A stretch of DNA of 64,000 bases, taken from the NCBI GenBank assembly GCA_965214405.1, contig OZ243956.1:4416001-4480000 (forward strand), written 5' to 3'. Under the pieces are notes generated by a model, which made no database searches, was not told where the DNA came from, and saw only the letters and a program-made list of their open reading frames with translations. Made by a program: the position numbers and the translations under genes. The DNA is from Trueperaceae bacterium (GTDB taxonomy: Bacteria > Deinococcota > Deinococci > Deinococcales > Trueperaceae). This document shows, in pieces, positions 19,342-29,258 of this stretch. Position 1 is the stretch's first letter. Each line of letters begins with the position of its first letter.

Positions 19342-20213
19342 GGGTGCGCCTCCGACAAAAAGTCCAAAACGAGGGTGTTAAATGCGTTAGAGCGCTCGAG
19401 CTGCGGCAGGTGGCCCGTCTCGTGAAACAGGTGCGTGCGGGCGTGCGGGTAGAGCTTGGCGGCCTCCGGCAGGTGCGCGGCGGGGAGGATGAGGTCGTTT
19501 TCGCCCCATAGGATGAGCGTGGGCAGCTTCTGGGCGGCGAGGCGGCGGCTCAAACGCGCGCGCCACGCGGCCCTGACGCCGAACGGGGTGCCGAGGGCGC
19601 GGGTAAGGGAAAGAAACGCGCGCGCCGCGCCGGGCTGTTGGGCGAGCTCGAGCGCCTGGTCGATGCGCGCCTCTGTCGCCAAGGCGGGATCAAAAAAGAG
19701 GCTCCTGACGGTGTTCTCGGCGCTGCGGCGGCTCGGCTTCATCAAGAGCTCGCCGAGACCGGGCACCGTCACGAGGCGCAGGGCGAGGGTGACCTCGCGC
19801 CCAAACCCCGCACTCGCCACCAGCACGAGCCGCCGCGCGCGCTCCGGTCGCGCCGCCGCAAAGGTTTGCGCGACCGCGCCGCCCAGCGAATTACCCACAA
19901 GCGTGACGGGCCGCGTCTCGCTGAGAGCGTCCAAAAGGTCCCCCACAAAATGCGCCAAACCTGCCAGCGTATAAGGCCCGCGCGGTTTGTCGGTGTAGCC
20001 GAAGCCGACGAGATCGGGCGCGATCACGCGGTACCGGGCGGCGAGCGCGTCGACCGTCTCCGACCAATCCTCCAAGGAGCGCCCGAGACCGTGTAGGAGT
20101 ACCACAGGCGGACCCTCACCGGAGACGCGCGCGCGCGTGCGGACGCCGCGAACGGAGCACCACCGGACGTCCCCCTCCTCCTGCCCCACCCCTGATGCGC
20201 CTCTACTACTCAC
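19338..20213 (-). CDS. Alpha/beta hydrolase (esterase/lactonase-like)
   Basis: LLHG, DLVGFG, GNSLG nucleophile elbow, WGEND and GHLPQ. GGAGG RBS before the GTG at 20213. Stop overlaps the BVMO start. Confidence 0.9.
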   Translation of the reverse strand: MSSRGASGVGQEEGDVRWCSVRGVRTRARVSGEGPPVVLLHGLGRSLEDWSETVDALAARYRVIAPDLVGFGYTDKPRGPYTLAGLAHFVGDLLDALSETRPVTLVGNSLGGAVAQTFAAARPERARRLVLVASAGFGREVTLALRLVTVPGLGELLMKPSRRSAENTVRSLFFDPALATEARIDQALELAQQPGAARAFLSLTRALGTPFGVRAAWRARLSRRLAAQKLPTLILWGENDLILPAAHLPEAAKLYPHARTHLFHETGHLPQLERSNAFNTLVLDFLSEAHP

Positions 20214-20420
20214 CCTCACCTCCTCCACACACCCACGCCACACAGCTTCACTATGGCGGATAGCTGATAGTTTATCACGTAAATGGTATGTAAATGTGCG
20301 ACTGGTCGCACCGTCCAAAGCTCAGCGTGAGGAATTCAAAGGGGTTGTATCTTGTACTGGGATTGTGCCGGGAGCGCCCGTAGCCTCACATTAAGATTTC
20401 CAATGAGCAGGCGACATATG

Positions 20421-20450
20421 AAAAGGGGCACCTGTGCAGGTGCCCCTTTC
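20421..20450 (-). terminator. Intrinsic terminator after the collagen-like gene
   Basis: AAAAGGGGCACCTG-TG-CAGGTGCCCCTTT perfect hairpin with flanking A/T runs. Confidence 0.8.
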
Positions 20451-20495
20451 TCAGGATTTTTCAGGACGTAGCCTTGTGTCTTCGCCCCTAATCCT

Positions 20496-23400
20496 CTACC
20501 TGAGGTCTAGCGTAAAGGTTTCACCCGCCACGACCTCGACTTCGTCTTCGATGCTCTCGCCGCTCACCGTCGTGGTGATAACGTAAACGCCGGGCTCGAG
20601 CTCGGTCAAGTCTTGACTGCCGGTCAGCTCTTCCTCATAGCCGCCGGGGCCTGTAATGACGAACGTCGTGTCGTCGGGAACGGTGACGGTGAGGTTGCCC
20701 AGTTCCTGGGTGCTGCCTGTTACCGTACCACCTGTTGCGCCGCCGGTTTGAGCGCCACCTGTGGCGGCACCTCCGGTCTCGCTACCCGTCTGGACTCTGA
20801 GCGTGGCAGCGCCGCCCGTGGTGGCCGTGGCGGCACCACCCGTTGCCGCGCCGCCTGTTGCTGAACCGCCCGTCATCATGCCCCCGGTCATCGCGCCGCC
20901 CGTTGCCGCGCCGCTTGTAACGTCGAGCGTGGCGATTTCACCGCTTATAACCTCGACGTCTCGCTCGACGCGTTCACCTTGTACGGTGAGCACGATTCTG
21001 TAGACGCCCACCTCGAGGTCGCTGAGCTCCTGGTTTCCCCTGAGGTTTTGCTCATAACCTCCGGGACCCGTGATGACGTAGGACGTGGCGGCGGGTACAA
21101 CGAGGGTAAGGTTACCGACTTCACCCTGTGCGCCGCCTGTGACACCTATCGGAGTACCACCCGTGACGTCCGTTTGTGTGCCGCCTGTGGTGCCACCCGT
21201 CTGAGCGCTAGGGACGAGCGCGCCGCCCGTTTGAGCGCCACCGGTTTGAGCGCCACCCGTGGTGCTGACTTGTGCGCCGCCCGTCACGCTGCCCGTTTGC
21301 ACTTCGTCGCGCGTGTTCACGCAGATCGCGTAAACCGTGAACGTTTGCGCTTCGGTGCTGTCGTTCTGGAGCGAAATCTGCCAGGCGTCGTCCTGCGGGT
21401 ACGTGTTGTACACGCGGAGCTCGAGCGCGCCTTGCACCCCGCCACCGACCGGCGATTTGCCGTCGGGGCACTGTACAGCCAGTTCCGCGGGCGTAAGCGC
21501 CTCGACCGAGGTGGGGCCGCTGGCGACCACTTCGTAGCCGAGCACACCGGCTGGGCCCGCGGGGCCGCGTTCACCCTGGGGACCCGTGGCTCCGGCTGGA
21601 CCCTCTGGACCCGCCGGGCCTCGAGCGCCTTCAGGACCCGCCGGGCCTATGGGACCCGTTTCGCCTTGAGGACCCGCCGGGCCTCTCTCGCCCTGCGGAC
21701 CTTCGGGACCGGCTGGGCCGCTGGGACCTGTTGCACCTTGCGGTCCCCTTTCACCTTGCTCGCCCTGCTCACCTTGTGGACCCGCTGGACCTGCACCACC
21801 TGTTTCACCCTGCGGTCCAGGCGGACCCGCCGGTCCTACGCCCCCTGTGTCACCTTGCGGACCCCGAGGACCTGCCGGGCCGATAGGACCCGTTTCGCCC
21901 TGTGGGCCTACGCCACCCGTGTCACCCTGAGGACCCTGGGGTCCCTGCTCACCTTGAGGACCGGGAGGACCTGCTGGACCCGCCCCGCCTGTTTCGCCTT
22001 GCGGACCGGGAGGACCCACAGGGCCTGTTGCTCCCGTTTCCCCCTGCTCGCCTTGAGGACCCACAGGACCGATAGGCCCTTCGCCACCCGATTCACCTTG
22101 GGGTCCGGGAGGTCCGGGAGGACCCGCGGGACCTTCAGCGCCGGTAGGCCCAACGCCACCCGTGTCACCTTGCGGACCGGCAGGACCACGTGGACCCTCG
22201 GGACCCACGGGACCGCGAGGACCGGCAGGTCCTGCGCCCCCTGTATCACCTTGCGGACCGGCAGGGCCTTCTGGACCCATAGGTCCCACGGGTCCTATAC
22301 CGCCCGATTCACCCTGGGGACCGGGAGGACCGACAGGACCTGTTGCGCCCGTCTCGCCCGTCTCGCCTTGCGGCCCCTGCTCGCCTGTCTCGCCCTGTTC
22401 ACCCTGCGGTCCAGGTGGACCCACGGGACCTTCGCCACCCGTCTCACCTTGGGGGCCTGCCTCGCCTTGAGGTCCAGGAGGGCCGGGAGGACCTGCCGGT
22501 CCCGCGCCGCCTGTGTCACCCTGGGGTCCTTGAGGACCCGCCGGGCCGATAGGACCAGTAGAACCCGTCTCGCCCTGCGGGCCTACACCACCTGTTTCAC
22601 CTTGTGGACCTTGCTCACCCTGAGGACCGGGAGGGCCTGCTGGACCCGCCCCACCTGTGTCACCTTGCGGACCCTGAGGACCCGCCGGGCCGATGGGACC
22701 AGTTGCACCCGTTTCGCCCTGTGGGCCTACGCCACCCGATTCACCCTGGGGTCCCTGCTCACCTTGGGGTCCGGCAGGACCGCGAGGGCCGACAGGTCCT
22801 GTTGCGCCCGTTTCACCTTGCTCACCCTGGGGTCCGGGAGGACCCGCTGGACCCGCGCCCCCTGTATCACCTTGCGGTCCCGCCGGGCCTCGAGGACCCA
22901 CCGGACCGATAGGACCCGCGCCGCCCGTTTCACCTTGCGGTCCGGGAGGGCCGGGAGGACCTTGTTCGCCCTGAGGGCCAGTCGCACCCGTCTCGCCTTG
23001 TGGTCCCTCTTGACCCGCCGGGCCTCGAGGACCCACCGGACCGATAGGCCCAGTACCACCTGTCTCGCCCTGAGGACCAGTCGCACCCTGAGGACCAGTC
23101 GGTCCGGGAGGACCCTGCTGACCCGCGGGTCCAGGAGGACCGGGAGGGCCAGGAGGACCCGCCGGTCCCGGCGGACCTTGCGGAACTTGAATGGTTGCGT
23201 CTACTTCGGCGGGAACCGTTTGAGCGCCCTCGAGCGCCCCCACCGCCACCAGGGCCGTATCAAACCTGGCGACACCTCCCGACACGACCTCGACCCTCTG
23301 CTCGATTGGCTCATAGCCCTCGAGTGTGGCGGTGATGATATACGTTCCTACGGATAGACCTGTAAGCGTCTGATTTCCGGTGAACGTCTCTGCGTACCCG

Positions 23401-23594
23401 TCGGGACCCGTGACCGTAACCACAGCCTCCGCCGGTGCAACGATGATGTCGAGGTCGCCCACATCCTGTGCGAGCGCCGTCCCGAACACCAGCAGAACCG
23501 TCATGAGCCACCACCGCACGGTATGTCCAACCGCGTTTCCGACCGCGCTAAAAGAACGCGGAGGCGCGCTGGCTCGTCTTAAAGACTCCTTCAC
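20496..23594 (-). CDS. Secreted collagen-like protein (~182 Gly-X-Y triplets) with PEGA-like domains
   Basis: Signal peptide (GTALA-Q), then a PEGA-like domain and a GXY run at ~21540-23177. After that come a CPDG...GGG...AIC domain and two further PEGA-like repeats separated by TGG-rich linkers. Confidence 0.92.
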   Translation of the reverse strand: MKESLRRASAPPRSFSAVGNAVGHTVRWWLMTVLLVFGTALAQDVGDLDIIVAPAEAVVTVTGPDGYAETFTGNQTLTGLSVGTYIITATLEGYEPIEQRVEVVSGGVARFDTALVAVGALEGAQTVPAEVDATIQVPQGPPGPAGPPGPPGPPGPAGQQGPPGPTGPQGATGPQGETGGTGPIGPVGPRGPAGQEGPQGETGATGPQGEQGPPGPPGPQGETGGAGPIGPVGPRGPAGPQGDTGGAGPAGPPGPQGEQGETGATGPVGPRGPAGPQGEQGPQGESGGVGPQGETGATGPIGPAGPQGPQGDTGGAGPAGPPGPQGEQGPQGETGGVGPQGETGSTGPIGPAGPQGPQGDTGGAGPAGPPGPPGPQGEAGPQGETGGEGPVGPPGPQGEQGETGEQGPQGETGETGATGPVGPPGPQGESGGIGPVGPMGPEGPAGPQGDTGGAGPAGPRGPVGPEGPRGPAGPQGDTGGVGPTGAEGPAGPPGPPGPQGESGGEGPIGPVGPQGEQGETGATGPVGPPGPQGETGGAGPAGPPGPQGEQGPQGPQGDTGGVGPQGETGPIGPAGPRGPQGDTGGVGPAGPPGPQGETGGAGPAGPQGEQGEQGERGPQGATGPSGPAGPEGPQGERGPAGPQGETGPIGPAGPEGARGPAGPEGPAGATGPQGERGPAGPAGVLGYEVVASGPTSVEALTPAELAVQCPDGKSPVGGGVQGALELRVYNTYPQDDAWQISLQNDSTEAQTFTVYAICVNTRDEVQTGSVTGGAQVSTTGGAQTGGAQTGGALVPSAQTGGTTGGTQTDVTGGTPIGVTGGAQGEVGNLTLVVPAATSYVITGPGGYEQNLRGNQELSDLEVGVYRIVLTVQGERVERDVEVISGEIATLDVTSGAATGGAMTGGMMTGGSATGGAATGGAATATTGGAATLRVQTGSETGGAATGGAQTGGATGGTVTGSTQELGNLTVTVPDDTTFVITGPGGYEEELTGSQDLTELEPGVYVITTTVSGESIEDEVEVVAGETFTLDLR

Positions 23595-23725
23595 GCTTGT
23601 TCCCCCTTTCGTGATTTTGTGATGAGTATTGAGGAAAACTCACCTTTTCCAAACGTAAGCCAAGTGACGCTCTCACACTGCTACGCAGCACGCATTGTTG
23701 CGTTTGAGAAGTTGTTAAGTAGCCC

Positions 23726-24526
23726 CTAAGGGCTGATGGGCGCGCCCAATCCCACCTCGTCAAAAAGCTCTTTGAGCATCGCCAAATTCTTGAGCGCGTG
23801 CCCCTTGGTGGTGTTTTGCAGGAGCAAATAAACCTGGCTTAGCGCGTCCTTATGTGCGTCAATGGCGAGCGCCCATTCCTTTAATTCGTCAGGCGTGTAG
23901 AGGTAGTCATGCCGCTCGGCGGCGCTTCGGCCATCCCACCACGTTTTCTGGTTGCGCCCGTGGAGGCGGATGTAGGCAGTGTCGGAGGTGACGTGCAAGC
24001 CCGAAGCGGGCAGACCGGGCAGCGGCGGGTAGTCCACGCTCACATAGATGAGCCCGAACTCCTTTAACGACTCGCGCACCTCGTCAAGGTCCCAGTCGTC
24101 GGTGCGGAACTCGAGCGCCAACCTCTCACCCTCAAAGTGCTTGATGAGGTTTAACAAATACTTACGGTTGTCCGCCGTGCGGTGAAACGAATAGGGGAAC
24201 TGCGCCAGAAAGGGTCCTAGCATCCCCGCTTCGCGTAAGGGGTGGACGGACTCGAGCATCCTTTTGTACATCTCTTCGTCCGCGTCGCGGGAGTGCGTCA
24301 TCGACCTGTGCAGCTTGACCGCGAAGCGCACCCTTCCCTCGCTCTTGCGGACCATGCCCGCGAACGCCTTTGTGCCGGGGATGTTGTAAAACGACGAGTT
24401 GAGTTCGACGGCGTTGAAGTGCTGCGCGTAAATCTTGAGATAGTCCGCCGACTTGGTGCCCTCGGGGTAGAGGAGCCCGAGCCAGTCGTCGTTGGAGTAG
24501 CCGCCGGTGCCGAGATAGAGTTCCAT
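23726..24526 (-). CDS. DUF72 (YecE-like) protein
   Basis: LGTGGYS..DW....YP, VELNSSFY, LAQFP.SF, LEFR and YIRLHGRN...DYLY motifs. GGAGG RBS. Confidence 0.93.
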   Translation of the reverse strand: MELYLGTGGYSNDDWLGLLYPEGTKSADYLKIYAQHFNAVELNSSFYNIPGTKAFAGMVRKSEGRVRFAVKLHRSMTHSRDADEEMYKRMLESVHPLREAGMLGPFLAQFPYSFHRTADNRKYLLNLIKHFEGERLALEFRTDDWDLDEVRESLKEFGLIYVSVDYPPLPGLPASGLHVTSDTAYIRLHGRNQKTWWDGRSAAERHDYLYTPDELKEWALAIDAHKDALSQVYLLLQNTTKGHALKNLAMLKELFDEVGLGAPISP

Positions 24527-24717
24527 CAAATAACCTTCCTCCTACGTAGCCGAGAAAAATCGTGACTTCTCTATGGAATAATTTATACCTATAACTCTCT
24601 CATCAGTGCCAATATGGTTGGTACCTATAGACGGGACGGCCCAAACCTCCCTATGACGATGGGTGGACGGGGCAACGTGTGGTGGTTTCCCTGCGCTAGA
24701 TGATTAGGAGGCACGTG

Positions 24718-25539
24718 ATGAGCATAGCCCTTTCGGACATTATCAGCGTTGAAGACCCAACAAAGTTTAAGTTGCACCTCGCCTGCTGGAACCAGGATGT
24801 TCAGCCGCTTGAAGTTTTTGTGCGCGATAGGGCGGAGTGGAACGACTGGAACCGGTGGCGCAGCGCGAAAGACGAGTTTAACCGCGATTATATTTTTTCC
24901 CTCATCGACTTCTATCACGAGCCCGGAATCTGGCTTTTCGGCGGCGTTTTCCGCGTGCTGTCGCGCAAACCGGAGAACTACGCACACAGCTACGAGATTG
25001 CTTTAGACCCTGGCACACAAGACTACATCGGCAGGCTCAAGGTCAAACTGAAGCGCCCTGGCCGCGCGCGCGTGCTAAAGCTCGAGAACTACTATCCCTC
25101 AATTCTAGTCTCGGAAATCTTGAAAGAGCCCTATTTGGGTGACGTTTTCTGTGGGTACGAAAACATCAATCACGATTTCACCCGCTTGGAAGCCGTCTAC
25201 AAGAACCAGAAGAGTGACTGGAAGGCCGCACTAGAGAACGTCAAGGGCGTTTATCTTATTGCTGACAAGAGCAACGGCAAGAAGTACGTGGGCTCCGCCT
25301 ATGGTGATTTCGGCCTCTGGTCTCGGTGGGCTTGCTACATCGGCACAGGCCACGGCTGGAACGACGAGCTCACCAAGCTTGTCGCTCAGGAGGGCCTTGA
25401 GTACGCCAGAAAGAACTTCAGGTTCTCGCTGCTCGAGTACCGGTCCATGAAAACGAACGACAGCGTCATCATCCAGAGAGAGGGTTATTGGAAGGAAGCC
25501 CTGCTGACTCGGGGAAGTTTCGGCTATAACCAAAACTAG
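24718..25539 (+). CDS. GIY-YIG nuclease family protein
   Basis: KGVYLIADKSNGKKYVGSAYG...RW..Y...FSLLE...RE.YWK..L. GGAGG RBS before GTG/ATG at 24715/24718. Confidence 0.88.
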   Translation: MSIALSDIISVEDPTKFKLHLACWNQDVQPLEVFVRDRAEWNDWNRWRSAKDEFNRDYIFSLIDFYHEPGIWLFGGVFRVLSRKPENYAHSYEIALDPGTQDYIGRLKVKLKRPGRARVLKLENYYPSILVSEILKEPYLGDVFCGYENINHDFTRLEAVYKNQKSDWKAALENVKGVYLIADKSNGKKYVGSAYGDFGLWSRWACYIGTGHGWNDELTKLVAQEGLEYARKNFRFSLLEYRSMKTNDSVIIQREGYWKEALLTRGSFGYNQN

Positions 25540-25567
25540 TGAGGCAAGGATTCAAGTTTATTGACCT

Positions 25568-26257
25568 TTAGTCGCCAGCCTGTTGCAGGGCTGGACTTTG
25601 CCCCGTTTGTAGCTCGAGCTCCGGCCGCCAAAGATACGTGGCGACGCGCGAAGCGAGAACCGCCCCGGCGACGGGGGCCAACCAGTAGAGCCAGTGGTGC
25701 GTCCAAAGGCCCCCAAACAGCGCGGGCGCAAAGCTTCTCGCGGGGTTCATCGACGCGCCCGTGAGCGCGCCGCCAGCGACGGCGCAAAGGGTCACGGTGA
25801 AACCGATATAAAGACCCGCCTGCGCTTGTTTCTGGATCACACAGGCGGCGATCACGAACATAAGAAAGAACGTCAGGATGATTTCGATGGCGACGGCCTG
25901 AAAGACGCTCACGTCAGCCGCGGGCAGGGTCGCGCCGTAGTGAACGGAGGCCAAGCGTTCCGCGCCGTAAAAGAGCCGCAGGGAGAACACGGCGGCCACT
26001 GCCCCCGAAAGTTCGGCGCTCCAGTACAGCAGAAGCTCACGAAAGCCGATGCGCCGCATTGCCCAAAAGCCGACCGTCACGGCGGGGTTGAAGTGGGCAA
26101 AGGAAAGAGCGCCCACAGCCGCAATCATGACGGCAACTGTGAACCCAAACGCCAGGGCGACGGCCAACCCGCCCGCGCCCGACGCCAGCGCCGCGATGCC
26201 GACGAACACGAGGGCGAAGGTGCCGATAAATTCGGCCAGCCAGATTCTAAAACTCAT
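25568..26257 (-). CDS. MIP/aquaporin family channel, probably arsenite efflux (AqpS-like role)
   Basis: AEFIGTF and two NPA motifs (HFNPAVT, SMNPARS). Translationally coupled to arsC. Confidence 0.9.
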   Translation of the reverse strand: MSFRIWLAEFIGTFALVFVGIAALASGAGGLAVALAFGFTVAVMIAAVGALSFAHFNPAVTVGFWAMRRIGFRELLLYWSAELSGAVAAVFSLRLFYGAERLASVHYGATLPAADVSVFQAVAIEIILTFFLMFVIAACVIQKQAQAGLYIGFTVTLCAVAGGALTGASMNPARSFAPALFGGLWTHHWLYWLAPVAGAVLASRVATYLWRPELELQTGQSPALQQAGD

Positions 26258-26703
26258 ATTGGTATGGGCGGCGTCAGCGCGTCTTCTGTGGGTACGCGGC
26301 CCGCCTCGAGCGTCTCAACAAGAATCTTGCAGCTCTCGCCCAGGGCGTCACGCACCTCACGCCACCTTTCCAGCCCTTCGCTCGAGGGGTCGGGGAACGA
26401 GACGTGCAGGCGGGTTGTCGTGGCGGGGTAGACGGGGCACGCTTCGTTCGCAGCGTCGCAAACGGTCATCACCACGTCGAACCCAACCTCGGGCAGCTCC
26501 GCCAAGGTCTTGGAGGTGTGATGACTTATGTCAATCCCGACTTCTTTCATGACCGTCACCGCATGGGGCTTGACAAAGGTTTTTTCCGTCCCCGCCGAGA
26601 ACACTTCCGCGTCCAGGCCGCACTCAGCCGCGTAGTGTCTGAGCCACCCTTCCGCCATCTGGCTGCGGGCGGAGTTATGGGTACACAAAACGAGCAGGCG
26701 CAC
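26254..26703 (-). CDS. arsC: Arsenate reductase, thioredoxin-dependent LMW-PTPase type
   Basis: LCTHNSARSQMAEG, SAGT, TVCD.A.EACP and FPDP motifs. Confidence 0.93.
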   Translation of the reverse strand: MRLLVLCTHNSARSQMAEGWLRHYAAECGLDAEVFSAGTEKTFVKPHAVTVMKEVGIDISHHTSKTLAELPEVGFDVVMTVCDAANEACPVYPATTTRLHVSFPDPSSEGLERWREVRDALGESCKILVETLEAGRVPTEDALTPPIPI

Positions 26704-27012
26704 CTAAACACGCTCCTCTGCCACCGCTTCAAATTTCTCCAGGGCGTCTCTGACCGCTCTAAACGTAGAGGGCGCCAATTCATAAAACACCCAGCGCCCG
26801 CGCTTTTCTGCGGTGACGAAGCCTAATTGCTCGAGCTGCTTCATGTGGTGGCTGATGGTGGGCTGGCTGAGCCCCAAAAAGGTCTCCAAGTCGCAGCCGC
26901 ACACGCCCTCTTCGCGGGAGCAGCAGCTTTGGACGGGGTCGCGTAGGAATTCCAGGATGCTTAACCTGGTCGGGTCTGCGAGGACCTTGAGTTTGTCGGA
27001 TAAATCACGCAT
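26704..27012 (-). CDS. arsR: ArsR/SmtB family regulator
   Basis: LADPTRLSIL...CC....VCGCDL...LSQPTISHH...EKRGRWVFY. Confidence 0.93.
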   Translation of the reverse strand: MRDLSDKLKVLADPTRLSILEFLRDPVQSCCSREEGVCGCDLETFLGLSQPTISHHMKQLEQLGFVTAEKRGRWVFYELAPSTFRAVRDALEKFEAVAEERV

Positions 27013-27062
27013 AGATAGCAGTCTATTAATAGGTTGTCATCTATGTGTCATCTGCCAGGCCT

Positions 27063-27248
27063 CTCTTGCGGACCATGCCTGCGAACGCTTTATGTGCCGG
27101 GGATGTTGTAAAACGACGAATTGAGCCCAACGGTGTTGAAGTGTTGCGCGTAAATCTTGAGGTAATCCGCCAGCTTGGTGCCCTCGGGGTAGAGGGGCTC
27201 GAGCCAGTCGTCGTTGGCGTGGCCGCCTGTGCCGAGATAGAGTTCCAT
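27063..27248 (-). pseudogene. Degenerate partial copy of the DUF72 gene 5' end
   Basis: Aligns by eye with 24342-24526 at high identity, with a 1-bp indel. Truncated. Confidence 0.9.
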
Positions 27249-27349
27249 TTAGGTGATACTGCCCCTCGCCATGCCTGTGTACGCTTCTTTCAACATGACT
27301 TCTCTCTCAACATGACTTCACAATACATGAGGTGTTCCTAACAAAATAG

Positions 27350-27383
27350 TTGACACTCCGTGTCATATCGGACGTACTAAAAT
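27350..27383 (+). promoter_or_regulatory. Leaderless promoter with a TGACA-N5-TGTCA operator palindrome
   Basis: TGACA CTCCG TGTCA at 27351-27365. TAAAAT at 27378-27383 lies 6 nt before the ATG at 27390. Confidence 0.6.
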
Positions 27384-27389
27384 AGACGT

Positions 27390-28007
27390 ATGGAGAAAGT
27401 TGACTTCAAGAAAAGCCTCAAGCATCTCTACGCCCCCTCGACTAAAGACTTTGATGTTGTAGACGTGCCTGTTATGAACTACCTCATGATAGATGGACAC
27501 GGCGACCCCAACACGGCGCAGGAATATGAGGACGCACTCGAGACGCTTTACGCTGTGGCTTATAAGCTCAAGTTCGTGAGCAAGGCAAGCGCAAAAGATT
27601 ATGTCGTTCCTCCCCTCGAGGGGTTGTGGTGGGCAGAAGATTACGGTAGCTTTACTCGAGGAGACAAGGGAACTTGGGACTGGACGATGATGATTATGGT
27701 GCCGGACTGGATAGACCGTGACGTGTTTAATAAAGCCCTCGAGAGCGTAAAGTCTACAAAAGATTTACCGTCACTCGACAAGCTACGCCTAGAATTACTC
27801 GCTGAGGGTGGCTGTGCTCAAATCATGCACGTGGGCTCTTACGATGATGAGGCGCCTACCCTGGCTCGCCTACACAACGAATGGTTGCCCAAAAACGGCT
27901 ATAGGGAGGCAGGGAAGCATCACGAAATTTACATCAGCGACCCCAGAAAAGTACCTTCCCACAAACTGAAAACCGTACTTAGACAACCTGTCGAGAAAGT
28001 AGGGTGA
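27390..28007 (+). CDS. GyrI-like small-molecule-binding domain protein
   Basis: KVDFKK..K.LY.P, IDG.GDPN, DYVVPPLEGLWW, QIMHVGSYDDE, HHEIYISDPR and LRQPV motifs. Confidence 0.92.
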   Translation: MEKVDFKKSLKHLYAPSTKDFDVVDVPVMNYLMIDGHGDPNTAQEYEDALETLYAVAYKLKFVSKASAKDYVVPPLEGLWWAEDYGSFTRGDKGTWDWTMMIMVPDWIDRDVFNKALESVKSTKDLPSLDKLRLELLAEGGCAQIMHVGSYDDEAPTLARLHNEWLPKNGYREAGKHHEIYISDPRKVPSHKLKTVLRQPVEKVG

Positions 28008-28557
28008 AGGGGGTAAGCGGGGTGGTTAAGTTTCTGAGGTGCTGAATGAGAAGGTCGCCATCCTCGAGCCTTTTGGCTATATCCTTGATATCAATATAGT
28101 CGTTGTACCCCGTGGCCTCATACGCTTCATCAGGGCTCGCGCGGGTGAGTTCTTCAAAGGACATGTTCCCGTAATGGCTAATGGCGTAGTCCAAGCATTC
28201 CACATCCGATTCGCTTAGGAACTCGAGTCCGGGCTCCATTTTCGGTACAATGTAATAGTTCGATTTGATATCCATAGCCCTGCCAAACTCTTCCAAAAGC
28301 GCCGTATTAAAAGCAGGATGCCCGCAATTTCTGACGGCTTTTAGGATGTCACAGGTCACAGAGGGGACGGGGCCATGTTTCATAGCGACGTAGTTATCGC
28401 CGCTAATAAAGCGCCCGTAGTGCTCGAGATGGCGCTTGTCGGCAAAATAGAGCACTTTTGAAATGGTGTGAAGAGTTGGTCTTGCCACTTTTGAAGCGAC
28501 GTAAAGAACGGCGGCGAGAGCAGCGTCTTTGTCAAAATTGCAGTTTCTCATAGCCAC
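27979..28557 (-). CDS. Panacea/DUF4065 (SocA-like) antitoxin-domain protein
   Basis: KVLYFADKRHL..YGR.I.GD.Y.AM.HGPVPS...LSESD...LD...YG.MS..EL. GAGGT RBS. Lower GC than the flanks. Confidence 0.85.
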   Translation of the reverse strand: MAMRNCNFDKDAALAAVLYVASKVARPTLHTISKVLYFADKRHLEHYGRFISGDNYVAMKHGPVPSVTCDILKAVRNCGHPAFNTALLEEFGRAMDIKSNYYIVPKMEPGLEFLSESDVECLDYAISHYGNMSFEELTRASPDEAYEATGYNDYIDIKDIAKRLEDGDLLIQHLRNLTTPLTPFTLLSRQVV

Positions 28558-28735
28558 CTCTTTTCAATGAACCGTCGTTTTTTGCTCTCCCTGTTTCATG
28601 ACTATAGCCCAGTTCAGGCTATACATGTTGAACATGTGATTTGTTGTGTTTTTGCCAAGGCATTTTGGTGTGCCAAGTAAACAGTTATCCTTCATCCAAA
28701 ATTCCCGCCCAGCCGCCCCACCCCCAATCTTACCT

Positions 28736-29094
28736 GCTTAGAAGCCGTCTACAAGACCCAGAAGAGCGACTGGAAGGCTGCGTTAAAGAACGTCAAGGGC
28801 GTCTACCTTACCGTTGACAACCGTTGACAAAAGCAACGGCGAGAAGTACGTGGGCTCCACCTATGGTGATTTCAGCCTTTGTCTCGGTGGGCGCGTTACG
28901 TCGGCACGGGCCACGGCTGGAACGACGCGCTCACCAAGCTTATTGTTCAAGAGGGCCTTAAGTACGCCAGAAAGAACTTCAGGTTCTCGCTGCTCGACTA
29001 CCGGCCCATGAAAACGGACGACGGCATCATCATCCAGCGGGAAGGGTATTGGGAGGCCCTGCTGACGGAGAGCTTCGGCTACAACCGAAACTAG
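28736..29094 (+). pseudogene. Degenerate partial copy of the GIY-YIG gene 3' half
   Basis: Aligns with 25184-25539. Frameshifts include a CCGTTGACAA x2 duplication (28811-28830). Confidence 0.9.
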
Positions 29095-29258
29095 CGGGTC
29101 AACGCGTCAAGCTCTATCGGCCGAGTGATGACCTACCAAGGACTGCGGGACGGCCTATTATTCTGACTCTTTAGTTTGGCAGAAGAAATCGGCAGAAGAA
29201 AGTGGAAGAAGAGAGCGCCCCGCACGCAAACCGGGTGCCAGAATTGGTATAAGAGGGC

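Noticed and set aside
21540..23177. Repetitive DNA as a possible CRISPR array or satellite
   Set aside because: Period-9 coding repeat with no constant repeat and unique spacer structure. I saw no CRISPR array or cas gene in the window.
20979..23357. 792-aa plus-strand ORF
   Set aside because: Antisense shadow of the collagen GXY repeat, with R/T/A-rich nonsense composition.
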